From contig CBDFJJ010000013.1 of assembly GCA_965248285.1 (NCBI GenBank), forward strand, positions 135,272 to 199,271: a DNA stretch of 64,000 bases. The letters are read 5' to 3'. This DNA is from Gemmatimonadales bacterium. Lineage in GTDB: Bacteria; Gemmatimonadota; Gemmatimonadetes; Gemmatimonadales; GWC2-71-9. The notes under the pieces were generated by a model. It saw nothing but the letters and a program-made list of their open reading frames with translations, ran no database searches and was not told the origin of the DNA. Shown here piece after piece: positions 10,478-18,725 of this stretch (within the stretch, counting starts at the first letter, position 1; each line of letters starts with the position of its first letter). The position numbers were made by a program, and so were the translations under genes.

Positions 10478-10658
10478 ACCCCGCCCTACACTCCGTAGGG
10501 TGGCCGCGCTCATGTCGCCCCGCTGGCCCTCGGCCGCCACGCTTGGGCGCCGCGATGCAGGCGGATGATGGCACCGTCTAACGCATATTGAAAGCACGCC
10601 CCTTGTTGCTACCATGGAGTCGACCAAGACCCAAGGACCACAACAAGGAGCGGCTCTC

Positions 10659-11722
10659 ATGAAACTCACGACGAAGTATGTGGGGTTTGACGTCCATCAG
10701 GCAACCACGGTGGCCTCGGTGCGGGATGACAGCGGGCGGGTGCTCGCCCGGAGCGTCCTGGAGACGCACGGGCCGTCGCTCGTCGAGTTCCTTCGTGGCA
10801 TGAGAGGGGCGCGGCACGTCGCCTTCGAGGTGGGAACGCAGTCGCAGTGGTTGCACGATCTGGTCGCGCCGCTCGCCGATCGCGTCGTCGTCTGTGATCC
10901 GCGTCAGGTGGCCCGCCAGGGCAACAAGGGCGATCAGGTCGATGCCGACCGGCTGTCCGAGTTGCTGCGGTTGGGCGGGCTGCGTCCGGTCTATCACGGC
11001 AGTGCGCATCGCGCCGACCTGAAGGAACTCACCCGCACCTACCGAAACCTGGTCGAAGACAGCACCCGCGTGATGCTCCGGATCAAAGCGCTGTTCCGCG
11101 CCCGCGCGATTCCGACCCCCGGCACGGGCGTGTATCAAACCAAGGCCCGTGTGCAGTGGCTCGAGCAACTCCCCGAGCGCGGGGTGCGGTTCCGGGCCGA
11201 GGTGCTCTACGCCGAACTCGATGTGCTGCGCGCGCTGCGTCCCAAGGCGAAGGGCGCGATGATCGCCGAGGGCAAGCGCGATCCGGCGTGGTCCGTACTG
11301 GGGGCAATCCCGTTCTACGGACCCGTGCGGGTCGCGCTGCTCCTGGCCACGATGGGAACGCCCTGGCGCTTTCGCACCAAACGGAATCTGTGGGCCTACG
11401 CGGGGCTGGCCGTGGTGACCTGGTCCAGTGCCGATCATACGTTCGTGGCGGGCCAGCCGGTCCGGCGCCGCCGCGCCCCGCTGACCCGGGGACTCAATCG
11501 CAATCACAACCGCGTACTGAAGGACGTGTTCAAAGGTGCGGCGACCGCTGCCGCATCGCGGCCTGGTCCGCTCCAGGACTTTACCAAGCCTTAGTGGCCC
11601 GCGGGCTGCGCCCGGAGTTGGCACGCCTGACGCTCGCCCGCAAGATCGCCGCGCTCACGCTACGTCTGTGGAAGACAGGAGCGTCCTATGATCCGACGCA
11701 GTTGACGCGACAATCGTCCTAG
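10659..11722 (+). mobile_element. IS110-family transposase gene, split by a 1-nt frameshift (element ends not defined)
   Basis: AAGGAG precedes the ATG at 10659. The N-terminus KYVGFDVHQATTVASV is DEDD-type. The reading frame stops at 11594, but the typical C-terminal tail LYQALVARGLRPELARLTLARKIAALTLRLWKTGASYD continues in another frame to 11722. The shift is at the T run 11580-11582. Confidence 0.75.
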
Positions 11723-12079
11723 TTCCTGAGGCGCTGGTGCGGGTGCGTTTACCTCGTCCACGGCTCCAGGATCCAGGACATCGGTGTGGGGGACAGTCTC
11801 GACAGAGCCGTCTGCCCGGCCAGCAGTCACGCCGAGGCACTCGTCTAACTCTAGGCCCCCTCGCAGAACCAGAAGAAGCGTCAGGCCGGCTCCGTGCCGA
11901 GTCTCAGATAGAACTATGGTTCGCCTCGCGCGACCAACGACGCTTGCATGTGTTCCGTCGGATCGGGAGACGAATTGAGGTGAATGATGCCGAAGAAGAC
12001 TGCCCGGCGTACCCGGAAGCACCGGAAGTCGCCCTCAAAAAAGGTGGGGCTGATTGCCAGGAAAAAGAACGCCGACCAA

Positions 12080-13075
12080 TCAGCGCAGACGAAGTCTGCC
12101 CTTGACAATCGCTTTCATAGAACGTCTCACGTCCAAAAGCTTCCTATCCCGCCACCGCGCCGCCGCACTGTGCAACGGAATCGGCGGCTCATCGCGCAAC
12201 ACGCCAAGATCAATCTGCCGCGCGATGTTATGCACGCGGTCTAGGCTCGATCGCTCGTCACGCAGCGTGGTGAGCACCAGATCGACAATCGACGCATCGA
12301 GGTCGTCGGCGGCAACTAGCCAATTCATCACGACGACCGTGGGCACGGCAACGTCCACGCCCGGATAGGCCCCTGCCGGAATCTCACCGAGTCCATAGTA
12401 GGATCGCTGCGCCACGAGATCAGACACCGCCTGCGACGAGACCGGCAGCAATCTTGCTCCGGCGCTGGTAACGGACTCGAGCACCGCCGATGTCGGATAT
12501 CCCGCGGCGATGATTGCCGCGTCGATGGCCCGATCGCGCAGCGCGTCCGACGACTCGCGAAACGAGAGATAACGCACATCGATGTCGTCATAACTGATGC
12601 CCGACGCGGCAAGTAATTCGCGGGAAGCCATTTCCGTGCCGCTTCCCGGCGAACCGACCGACACGCGGCCACCTCGGAGATCCGCGAGGCCGGTGGCTGA
12701 CGAATTCTTGGGCACAACCAGATGTATCACGTTGGGATAGAGCGGAGCGACAGCCCGGATTTGAGTGACCGGCACGGCGTAGTCCCCTTCGCCGTTGTAC
12801 GCCTGGTGAATGGTGATCGCCATGGAGAAGCCGAGGTCCATCTCGCCCGCCGCGATGCGGTTCACGTTCTCCACGGACCCCCCCGTAACTTCGGCCGTAT
12901 ACTGATGATTGCTATCCGCTAGCGAAAGGCGACTCGCCAGCGCACCACCCAGTGGATAATAGACGCCGCCTGTGCCACCAGTTCCGACGCTGAGAAACCG
13001 GCGACCCACGCCGTCGCCACCCGGTTGGCATGCCACCGACAACGCCGTACAGCCCATCACGAACAAACGCTTCAT
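12080..13075 (-). CDS. TAXI-family TRAP transporter solute-binding protein
   Basis: ATG at 13075 gives the lipoprotein-like signal MKRLFVMGCTALSVACQ. The TAXI signature GTGGTGGVYYPLGGALA is present. The ORF-track start at 13279 runs through a repeat element and is rejected. Confidence 0.85.
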   Translation of the reverse strand: MKRLFVMGCTALSVACQPGGDGVGRRFLSVGTGGTGGVYYPLGGALASRLSLADSNHQYTAEVTGGSVENVNRIAAGEMDLGFSMAITIHQAYNGEGDYAVPVTQIRAVAPLYPNVIHLVVPKNSSATGLADLRGGRVSVGSPGSGTEMASRELLAASGISYDDIDVRYLSFRESSDALRDRAIDAAIIAAGYPTSAVLESVTSAGARLLPVSSQAVSDLVAQRSYYGLGEIPAGAYPGVDVAVPTVVVMNWLVAADDLDASIVDLVLTTLRDERSSLDRVHNIARQIDLGVLRDEPPIPLHSAAARWRDRKLLDVRRSMKAIVKGRLRLR

Positions 13076-13092
13076 CTTGAGTGCCCAGCTTG

Positions 13093-13277
13093 GTTTATGG
13101 CCACGGAATCCACGGAATCCACGGACCCCCACCCCTCCCCACGGACTCTTTTTCCCCCAACCCCACCCGACGAGTTCAACAAACGACCCTCCGCCGTGAA
13201 AGCGGTGGAAGGGGGCGGGGAAAACAGTCATCCGGGTGGGGAGAATGGTTTCCGTGGATTCCGTGGGTTCCGTGGCC
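13093..13277. repeat. Family-1 palindromic intergenic element (copy a)
   Basis: Left end GTTTATGGCCACGGAATCCACGGAATCCACGGA is mirrored by right end TCCGTGGATTCCGTGGGTTCCGTGGCC. The G/C-rich interior is itself an imperfect palindrome. It sits between the TRAP permease stop and the TAXI start. Confidence 0.85.
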
Positions 13278-13291
13278 ATCTCACGTCCAAA

Positions 13292-15232
13292 CTACTCCCC
13301 GAGAACGTCTGCAACCACTCCACTACTCCGCCTGGTCACAAGCCAGGTCCCCAAAACGATCCCAAGTCCGACGACCCGGAACGGAACCACCGGAACGAAC
13401 AGAGCGATCGCACCGAGTACGAAGACCGCTCGTTCCCACGGCACGAGCGGCCTAGACGAGTAACCAATCATTGCAGCGGCTGCGGCCGTGAGTCCAAGCC
13501 CCACCGCCGCCGCGGACACCGCAATGGCCAAGGGCGAGCCCACGAGGATCAGGGCCGGATCATAGATGAATAGGAAAGGGACGATGAGACCCGCCGACGC
13601 CAAACCGAGGGCCGTCACTGCGGTTTGCATGGCCCGAGAACCGGCCAGGCCCGCCGCAGCGTATGCGGCCAGGGCCACTGGCGGTGTGACGTTCGAGATG
13701 CAGCCGAAATAGAAGATGAACAGATGCGCCCCCAGCAATGGAACGCCCATTTCGGTCAACGCCGGCGCGCCGAGAGCGGCGAGCACGATGTAGGCAGCCG
13801 TGGTGGGCAGTCCCATCCCCAAGATGATCGAGCCGATAGCAGTGAGCACGAGCGCAATCGGAAGGTGTCCACCCGACAGGGTGACAATCAGCTCGGACAT
13901 CCTGAGCCCGATGCCCGTGAGTGAGGCCACGCCCACGACGATTCCTGCAGCGGCACACGCAGCGGCCACCTGCACGGTCCCTCTGGCGGCTGAAACGACC
14001 GCGTCGCCGAACCGGTGACCGGAAAGTCGGGTCGTCCTGGCTGCCAACGTTGCGCCAAGAGCCGCCGCGACCCCCCAAAACGCGGCTCGCATGGGTGAGC
14101 GACCCATGGCCAGCAACACGACTATGATCACCAGCGGCAATAACAGATGCACGCGATTGCCGATTCCGGCTCCGTTTTCGCCCTGTACTCCCTTCAAGTC
14201 GCTCTTGGCCGCCCGAAAGTGTATGGCCATGTAGAGCGACAGGTAGTACAGCACTGCCGGAAGCGCGGCTGCGGCCGCTACGCGCACGTAGGGGATACCG
14301 GTCCACGTGGCGAGGATGAACGCGCCGGCGCCCATGATGGGCGGCATCAGCTGTCCACCGGTGCTCGCCGCCGCCTCGATGGCTCCCGCGAAATGGGGAC
14401 GAAAGCCGGTGCGCTTCATCAACGGAATGGTGAGACTGCCCGTGGTCACGACGTTGGCCACCGCGCTCCCCGAGAGGGACCCCATGATGGCGCTGGCCAC
14501 GGCGGCGGTCTTGGCCGGCCCCCCCCGCGTGCGACCGGCCACTCGGCCGGCCAGGGCGATGAGCAATCCGCCCCCTCCGGCGGTCTCCAACACCGCGCCG
14601 AAAAGCACGAACAGGTAGACGAAGTCCGCCGAGACGCCCAGGGGGACACCCCAGATCCCCTCTGTCGTGAGGTACAGGTGCTCGATGAGTCGCCCGGGTC
14701 CGTAGCCTCGGTGGGCCAGCGCGCCGGGCAAGTAGGGGCCCGCCCAGCCATAGACCAGCGCGAGAGACGCCACCGTGACCAGTCCCCATCCCGTCGCCCG
14801 CCGCGCCAGCTCGAGGACGAACACGACGGCCAGGGCCCCGAAGGCCAGATCGAGGCCCGTGGCCGCACCGGACCTCCGCACCAGGGCCTCCTGTTCCAGC
14901 ACCATGTATGTGCAGGTCACGACGACTGCACCGATCCACAGGGCAGTCACGAGCCTTGGCACCACTCCCGGGCCCCTGCCCCGTTGGACATCCCGGCGGT
15001 GCCTCGCGGCACCAAGCCCGAGAAACCCCAGCACACCCATCAGGCCGAGGTGTACCGGCCTCTGTACGAGTGCCGTGAATGGCGAAAAACCGGCCGCGTA
15101 GAGATGAAAAAAGGCGGCCAGGACGGCGATGGAGAGTATCACGCGCCGGAGCCAACGCTCCGATCGGTCGGGCTGTTCGGGCATTTGGGCGTAGACAATC
15201 GAGCCGCGGGTGCCTTTCCGCAACCATCCCAT
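13292..15232 (-). CDS. TRAP transporter fused permease (TAXI-associated 4TM/12TM fusion type)
   Basis: Long polytopic ORF directly upstream of the TAXI gene on the same strand. The start is taken at ATG 15232 (alternative 15184). The ORF-track start at 15376 lies inside the tandem repeat array. Confidence 0.85.
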   Translation of the reverse strand: MGWLRKGTRGSIVYAQMPEQPDRSERWLRRVILSIAVLAAFFHLYAAGFSPFTALVQRPVHLGLMGVLGFLGLGAARHRRDVQRGRGPGVVPRLVTALWIGAVVVTCTYMVLEQEALVRRSGAATGLDLAFGALAVVFVLELARRATGWGLVTVASLALVYGWAGPYLPGALAHRGYGPGRLIEHLYLTTEGIWGVPLGVSADFVYLFVLFGAVLETAGGGGLLIALAGRVAGRTRGGPAKTAAVASAIMGSLSGSAVANVVTTGSLTIPLMKRTGFRPHFAGAIEAAASTGGQLMPPIMGAGAFILATWTGIPYVRVAAAAALPAVLYYLSLYMAIHFRAAKSDLKGVQGENGAGIGNRVHLLLPLVIIVVLLAMGRSPMRAAFWGVAAALGATLAARTTRLSGHRFGDAVVSAARGTVQVAAACAAAGIVVGVASLTGIGLRMSELIVTLSGGHLPIALVLTAIGSIILGMGLPTTAAYIVLAALGAPALTEMGVPLLGAHLFIFYFGCISNVTPPVALAAYAAAGLAGSRAMQTAVTALGLASAGLIVPFLFIYDPALILVGSPLAIAVSAAAVGLGLTAAAAAMIGYSSRPLVPWERAVFVLGAIALFVPVVPFRVVGLGIVLGTWLVTRRSSGVVADVLGE

Positions 15233-15265
15233 CAAATTGGCTTCTTGCGGCCCCGGACCCCAAGT

Positions 15266-15620
15266 ATTCACTATATAAGGAACGACTGCCACGGATTGAT
15301 CTTTTGGACACAGATTAGGGACGGAACAGATCCGCGCTCTAGAAATCAATCCGCGGCAGCGCATTTCCTGATTCATAAGGAACGACTGCCACAGATTGAT
15401 CGTTTGAGCACGGATTAGAAACGGAGCAAATCCGCGCCCTAGAAATCAATCCGCGGCAGCATTTCCTGATTCATAGGGAACGACTGCCACCTACATGGAA
15501 CAACTGTCACGGATTGACCTTTTGAGCACGGATCGAGGACGGACCAAATCCGCGCTCGAGAAATCAATCCGCGGCAGCATCTCCTTATTAAGGCGGCAGC
15601 ATTTCCTTATTCATAAGGAG
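15266..15620. repeat. Family-2 tandem array: about 100-bp leader module x3
   Basis: Units are about 15277-15376, 15377-15474 and 15475-15614 (the third carries small internal insertions). Each ends ...AATCAATCCGCGGCAGC(G)CATTTCCTGATTCATAAGGA. The last unit supplies the AAGGAG ribosome-binding site of the gene at 15629. Confidence 0.85.
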
Positions 15621-15628
15621 CCATCAGC

Positions 15629-16501
15629 ATGAGAACCACACGGGTATTTGCCTTGGGCCTGGGCCTCGCCATGGGTCTGGCCGGCATCGCCGAAGCGCAG
15701 CAACGGGGTAGCATGACCGAGCGGGAACGGCGGGTTCAGGAAGAGCTGCGGTCACCCCGGCCGATCGAGGCCCTGAACTCGGTCTGGATCGAGGAGCTGA
15801 CCTGGCTGGAAGTCCGCGACGCGATCGCGGCCGGAAAAACCACGGCGATCATCTCGACGGGTGGGATCGAGCAGAACGGTCCGTACGTCGCCACCGGCAA
15901 GCACAATTACATCCTACAGAGTGCGTGTGAGTGGATCGCCAGGGACCTCGGCAATGCGCTTTGCGCACCGATCTTGAAGCTGGTACCCGAGGGCAATATC
16001 GAGGAACCGTCCGGTCACATGCGCTACTCGGGGACCATCAGCCTGCGGGAGGAAACGTTCCAGGCCGTGCTCGACGACATCGCGAGCAGCCTGAGAGTCC
16101 ATGGTTTCAAGCACATCATCTTCATCGGTGACAGTGGCGGGAACCAACGCGGCATGAGCGCGGTCGCGGAGCGCCTGAACGAGCGGTGGACGGACGCACA
16201 CGCTCACTTCATCCCCGAGTTTTACGACAACAACGGCGTGGTCGCGTACATGGAGAACGAGCTGGGGATCGTTGAGGGAGACAGCGACGGTTTCCACGAT
16301 TACTACTGGATTACGGCGTTGCAGATGGTGACAGACCCAGCCACGGTGCGGTTTGACCAGCGCGTCGCCAAGGGCTTGGCATCCATCAACGGCCTGAGCA
16401 TAGCGCCTAAGGAAAAAACGATCGACGTGGGTCGCAGCCTGATGCGCTGGCGCGTGGATCAGACTGTCAAGGCTATCAAGGCGGCGATCGCGGGATACTA
16501 G
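15629..16501 (+). CDS. Creatininase-fold protein with signal peptide (divergent metal-ligand motif)
   Basis: 290-aa ORF behind AAGGAG, with signal peptide MRTTRVFALGLGLAMGLAGIAEAQ. ISTGGIEQNGPYVATGKHNY aligns with the family motif GS-x-EQHGPHLP, and SGHMRYSGTISL aligns with the GTIS block. Confidence 0.6.
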   Translation: MRTTRVFALGLGLAMGLAGIAEAQQRGSMTERERRVQEELRSPRPIEALNSVWIEELTWLEVRDAIAAGKTTAIISTGGIEQNGPYVATGKHNYILQSACEWIARDLGNALCAPILKLVPEGNIEEPSGHMRYSGTISLREETFQAVLDDIASSLRVHGFKHIIFIGDSGGNQRGMSAVAERLNERWTDAHAHFIPEFYDNNGVVAYMENELGIVEGDSDGFHDYYWITALQMVTDPATVRFDQRVAKGLASINGLSIAPKEKTIDVGRSLMRWRVDQTVKAIKAAIAGY

Positions 16502-16510
16502 AGGAGGCTC

Positions 16511-17359
16511 ATGCGAACACAGTGCGTCATCGTCGCCGCAGCAGCGCTTGCCGTTGTGACCGGTGCGGTGCCGGCGGCAGCCCAGCGTCCCTTGGGGACC
16601 GTGAGTCGTGCGGGACAGACGGTTACCCCGGTGTTTGAAGGTTGGTATCAGAACCCCGACGGCACGTTCAGCATTTCGTTTGGTTACTACAACCGCAACT
16701 ATGAGGAAGTGTTGGAGATTCCCCTCGGCTCCGACAACTTCATCGAGCCGGCGTCTCTCGGTGGCAACCAACCCACGCATTTCCAACCGCGCCGCCATTG
16801 GGGCGTGTTCACGATTGCGGTGCCAGCCGACTTCGGAAATCGGGAAGTTGTCTGGACGCTAAAAAACCGCGGCCGGACGCTTACCATCCCTGGTAGCCTC
16901 CATCGCGATTGGAAAATTGACGCGCTGAAAGGCGAGGCCGGTTCGGGTAACACACCGCCGGTACTTCGGTTCGACAATGGACAGGCAGGCAGCGGGCCGG
17001 CAGGGATCACAACCGGTTCGCTCACGGTCTCCGTCGGGCGCCCGTTGCAGTTGACCGTGTGGGCGTCGGACGACGGCAACACCTCTGGCAGCGTGGCCTC
17101 CTCCGGCAGACAGGACGTGCCGGTCACGCTCACGTGGTTCAAACACCAAGGACCCGGCGATGTGACGTTCAGCGCACCGACGGCGCCGGTCGATAACGCC
17201 GGCGGCACGGCAACGACTATGGCAACGTTCAGCAAGCCCGGAGAGTACGTCGTGCGCGTCCGCGCAAACGATGCCTCGGGGGTGTCCGGCGCCGGGCACG
17301 CGCAATGCTGCTGGACGAACGGTTTTTTGAAGGTCACCGTCACCACAAGTGAGGAGTAG
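16511..17359 (+). CDS. Secreted protein of unknown function with C-terminal Ig/PKD-like domain
   Basis: 282-aa ORF behind GAGGAGG, with signal peptide MRTQCVIVAAAALAVVTGAVPAAAQ. The C-terminal block LQLTVWASDDG...VTLTWFKHQGPGDVTFS...GEYVVRVRANDASG has an Ig/PKD-like pattern. Confidence 0.6.
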   Translation: MRTQCVIVAAAALAVVTGAVPAAAQRPLGTVSRAGQTVTPVFEGWYQNPDGTFSISFGYYNRNYEEVLEIPLGSDNFIEPASLGGNQPTHFQPRRHWGVFTIAVPADFGNREVVWTLKNRGRTLTIPGSLHRDWKIDALKGEAGSGNTPPVLRFDNGQAGSGPAGITTGSLTVSVGRPLQLTVWASDDGNTSGSVASSGRQDVPVTLTWFKHQGPGDVTFSAPTAPVDNAGGTATTMATFSKPGEYVVRVRANDASGVSGAGHAQCCWTNGFLKVTVTTSEE

Positions 17360-17365
17360 CGCCTC

Positions 17366-18700
17366 ATGATCGGGACGACATTCTATCCACGGCTTTGCAA
17401 TAGCCTGATCGTCACGCTTCCGGCGTTTGCGGTGCAGGCCTTATCCGCGCAACAGTCCGACCCTGTGATCACTTACGCGAAACACGTGGCACCGATTCTC
17501 CAAGAGAAATGCCAGATGTGCCATCAGCCGAATTCGGTCGCGCCCATGTCGTTGCTCACCTATGAGGATGCACGACCGTACGCCGAGTTGATGAAGTACA
17601 AGGTGGAAAACCGCGTCATGCCCCCGTGGCACATCGATAGGACGGTCGGCATCCAAGGGTTCAAGAACGACCGCGGTCTGAGTGACGAGCAGATCGAAAC
17701 CATCGTCCGCTGGGTCGACCAGGGTGCGCAATTCGGTGACGAGCGTGATCTTCCCCCACCCCGTGAGTTTCCCGATCCCAATCGTTGGCAGTTGAGCGAC
17801 CGGTTCGGCGAACCCGATCTGATTGTCAAATCCGAGCCGTTCACGCTCCCGGCGGCAACGCCGGACAAGTGGTGGAGGCCGACGGTGGAGACGGGACTCA
17901 CCGAGCCTCGTTGGGTGCGCGCCATCGAGATCAAGCCGTCGTATCCGGACGGCCGCCGTATCGTGCATCACGTCCTCACCTTCCTCCTGCAAGAAGAGGA
18001 AGGTCTTACGCAACTCGCGAGTACGGCGGTCGGTGCGCAACCGAGCGCCGGGCTATTCATGGAGTGGGCGGTTGGCAAGGTTGGTGAGATCTTCCCACCC
18101 GATGCGGGCAAACTGATGCAGCCCGGTGCAAAGATCCGTTGGGAAGTGCACATGCACGCCATCGGTGAGGAGGTACGAGACAACCAAGTCGCACTCGGCG
18201 TTTGGTTCTATCCGAAGGGTTACGTCCCAGAGCACCGCACGGTGTTGAGAATGCTCGACGGTCGGGGCCGGAACGGTCTCGACATTCAGCCCGGCGAAGT
18301 GGCGGTCACGCAACAGTTCCACGTGTTGCCCGCACCCGCCCGCTTGGAAAATTTCCAGCCGCACATGCACATGCGTGGCAAGGCGATGTCGCTCGAGGCG
18401 ATCTATCCCGACGGTCGCCAGGAGCTGATCAGCTCGGTCAACAACTTCCAATGGAACTGGCACATCAACTACGTTTACGAAGAAGACGTCGCGCCGCTTT
18501 TCCCCAAAGGGACCACCCTCGTGATCACCGCGTGGCACGACAACACCAAGGAGAATCCCAACAATCCCGACTACCGGCAGTGGGTGGGTTGGGGTGACCG
18601 CACGATAGACGAGATGGCGCACCTGTGGGTGGACGTGACCTACCTCGAGGAAGAGGAGTACGAGCGGTTGGTGGCCGAGCGGAAGGAGGAGGAGGATTAA
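17366..18700 (+). CDS. Cytochrome c domain fused to a PHM/DBH-like two-copper monooxygenase domain (predicted, exported)
   Basis: 444-aa ORF with haem-c motif C49-Q-M-C52-H53. His clusters H201-H202, H262/H264 and H333-x-H335, then M341/M417, have spacing close to the CuH/CuM ligands of peptidylglycine monooxygenase. Confidence 0.6.
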   Translation: MIGTTFYPRLCNSLIVTLPAFAVQALSAQQSDPVITYAKHVAPILQEKCQMCHQPNSVAPMSLLTYEDARPYAELMKYKVENRVMPPWHIDRTVGIQGFKNDRGLSDEQIETIVRWVDQGAQFGDERDLPPPREFPDPNRWQLSDRFGEPDLIVKSEPFTLPAATPDKWWRPTVETGLTEPRWVRAIEIKPSYPDGRRIVHHVLTFLLQEEEGLTQLASTAVGAQPSAGLFMEWAVGKVGEIFPPDAGKLMQPGAKIRWEVHMHAIGEEVRDNQVALGVWFYPKGYVPEHRTVLRMLDGRGRNGLDIQPGEVAVTQQFHVLPAPARLENFQPHMHMRGKAMSLEAIYPDGRQELISSVNNFQWNWHINYVYEEDVAPLFPKGTTLVITAWHDNTKENPNNPDYRQWVGWGDRTIDEMAHLWVDVTYLEEEEYERLVAERKEEED

Positions 18701-18725
18701 TCATCCGCGGCCGAGGCCCGTCAAC

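Noticed and set aside
10578-11624. 348-aa ORF antisense to the IS110 transposase
   Set aside because: This is an antisense high-GC artefact. The transposase frame has recognisable family blocks.
11723-12079. The gap between IS110 and the TAXI gene, including a basic ORF starting MMPKKTARRTRKHRK
   Set aside because: That ORF runs antisense into the TAXI coding region, and nothing supports it.
13560-15418. 583-aa (minus, alternative frame) and 423-aa (plus) ORFs overlapping the TRAP permease gene
   Set aside because: Both are extremely Arg/Gly/Pro-rich with no hydrophobic pattern. The permease frame is the only one with coherent transmembrane helices.
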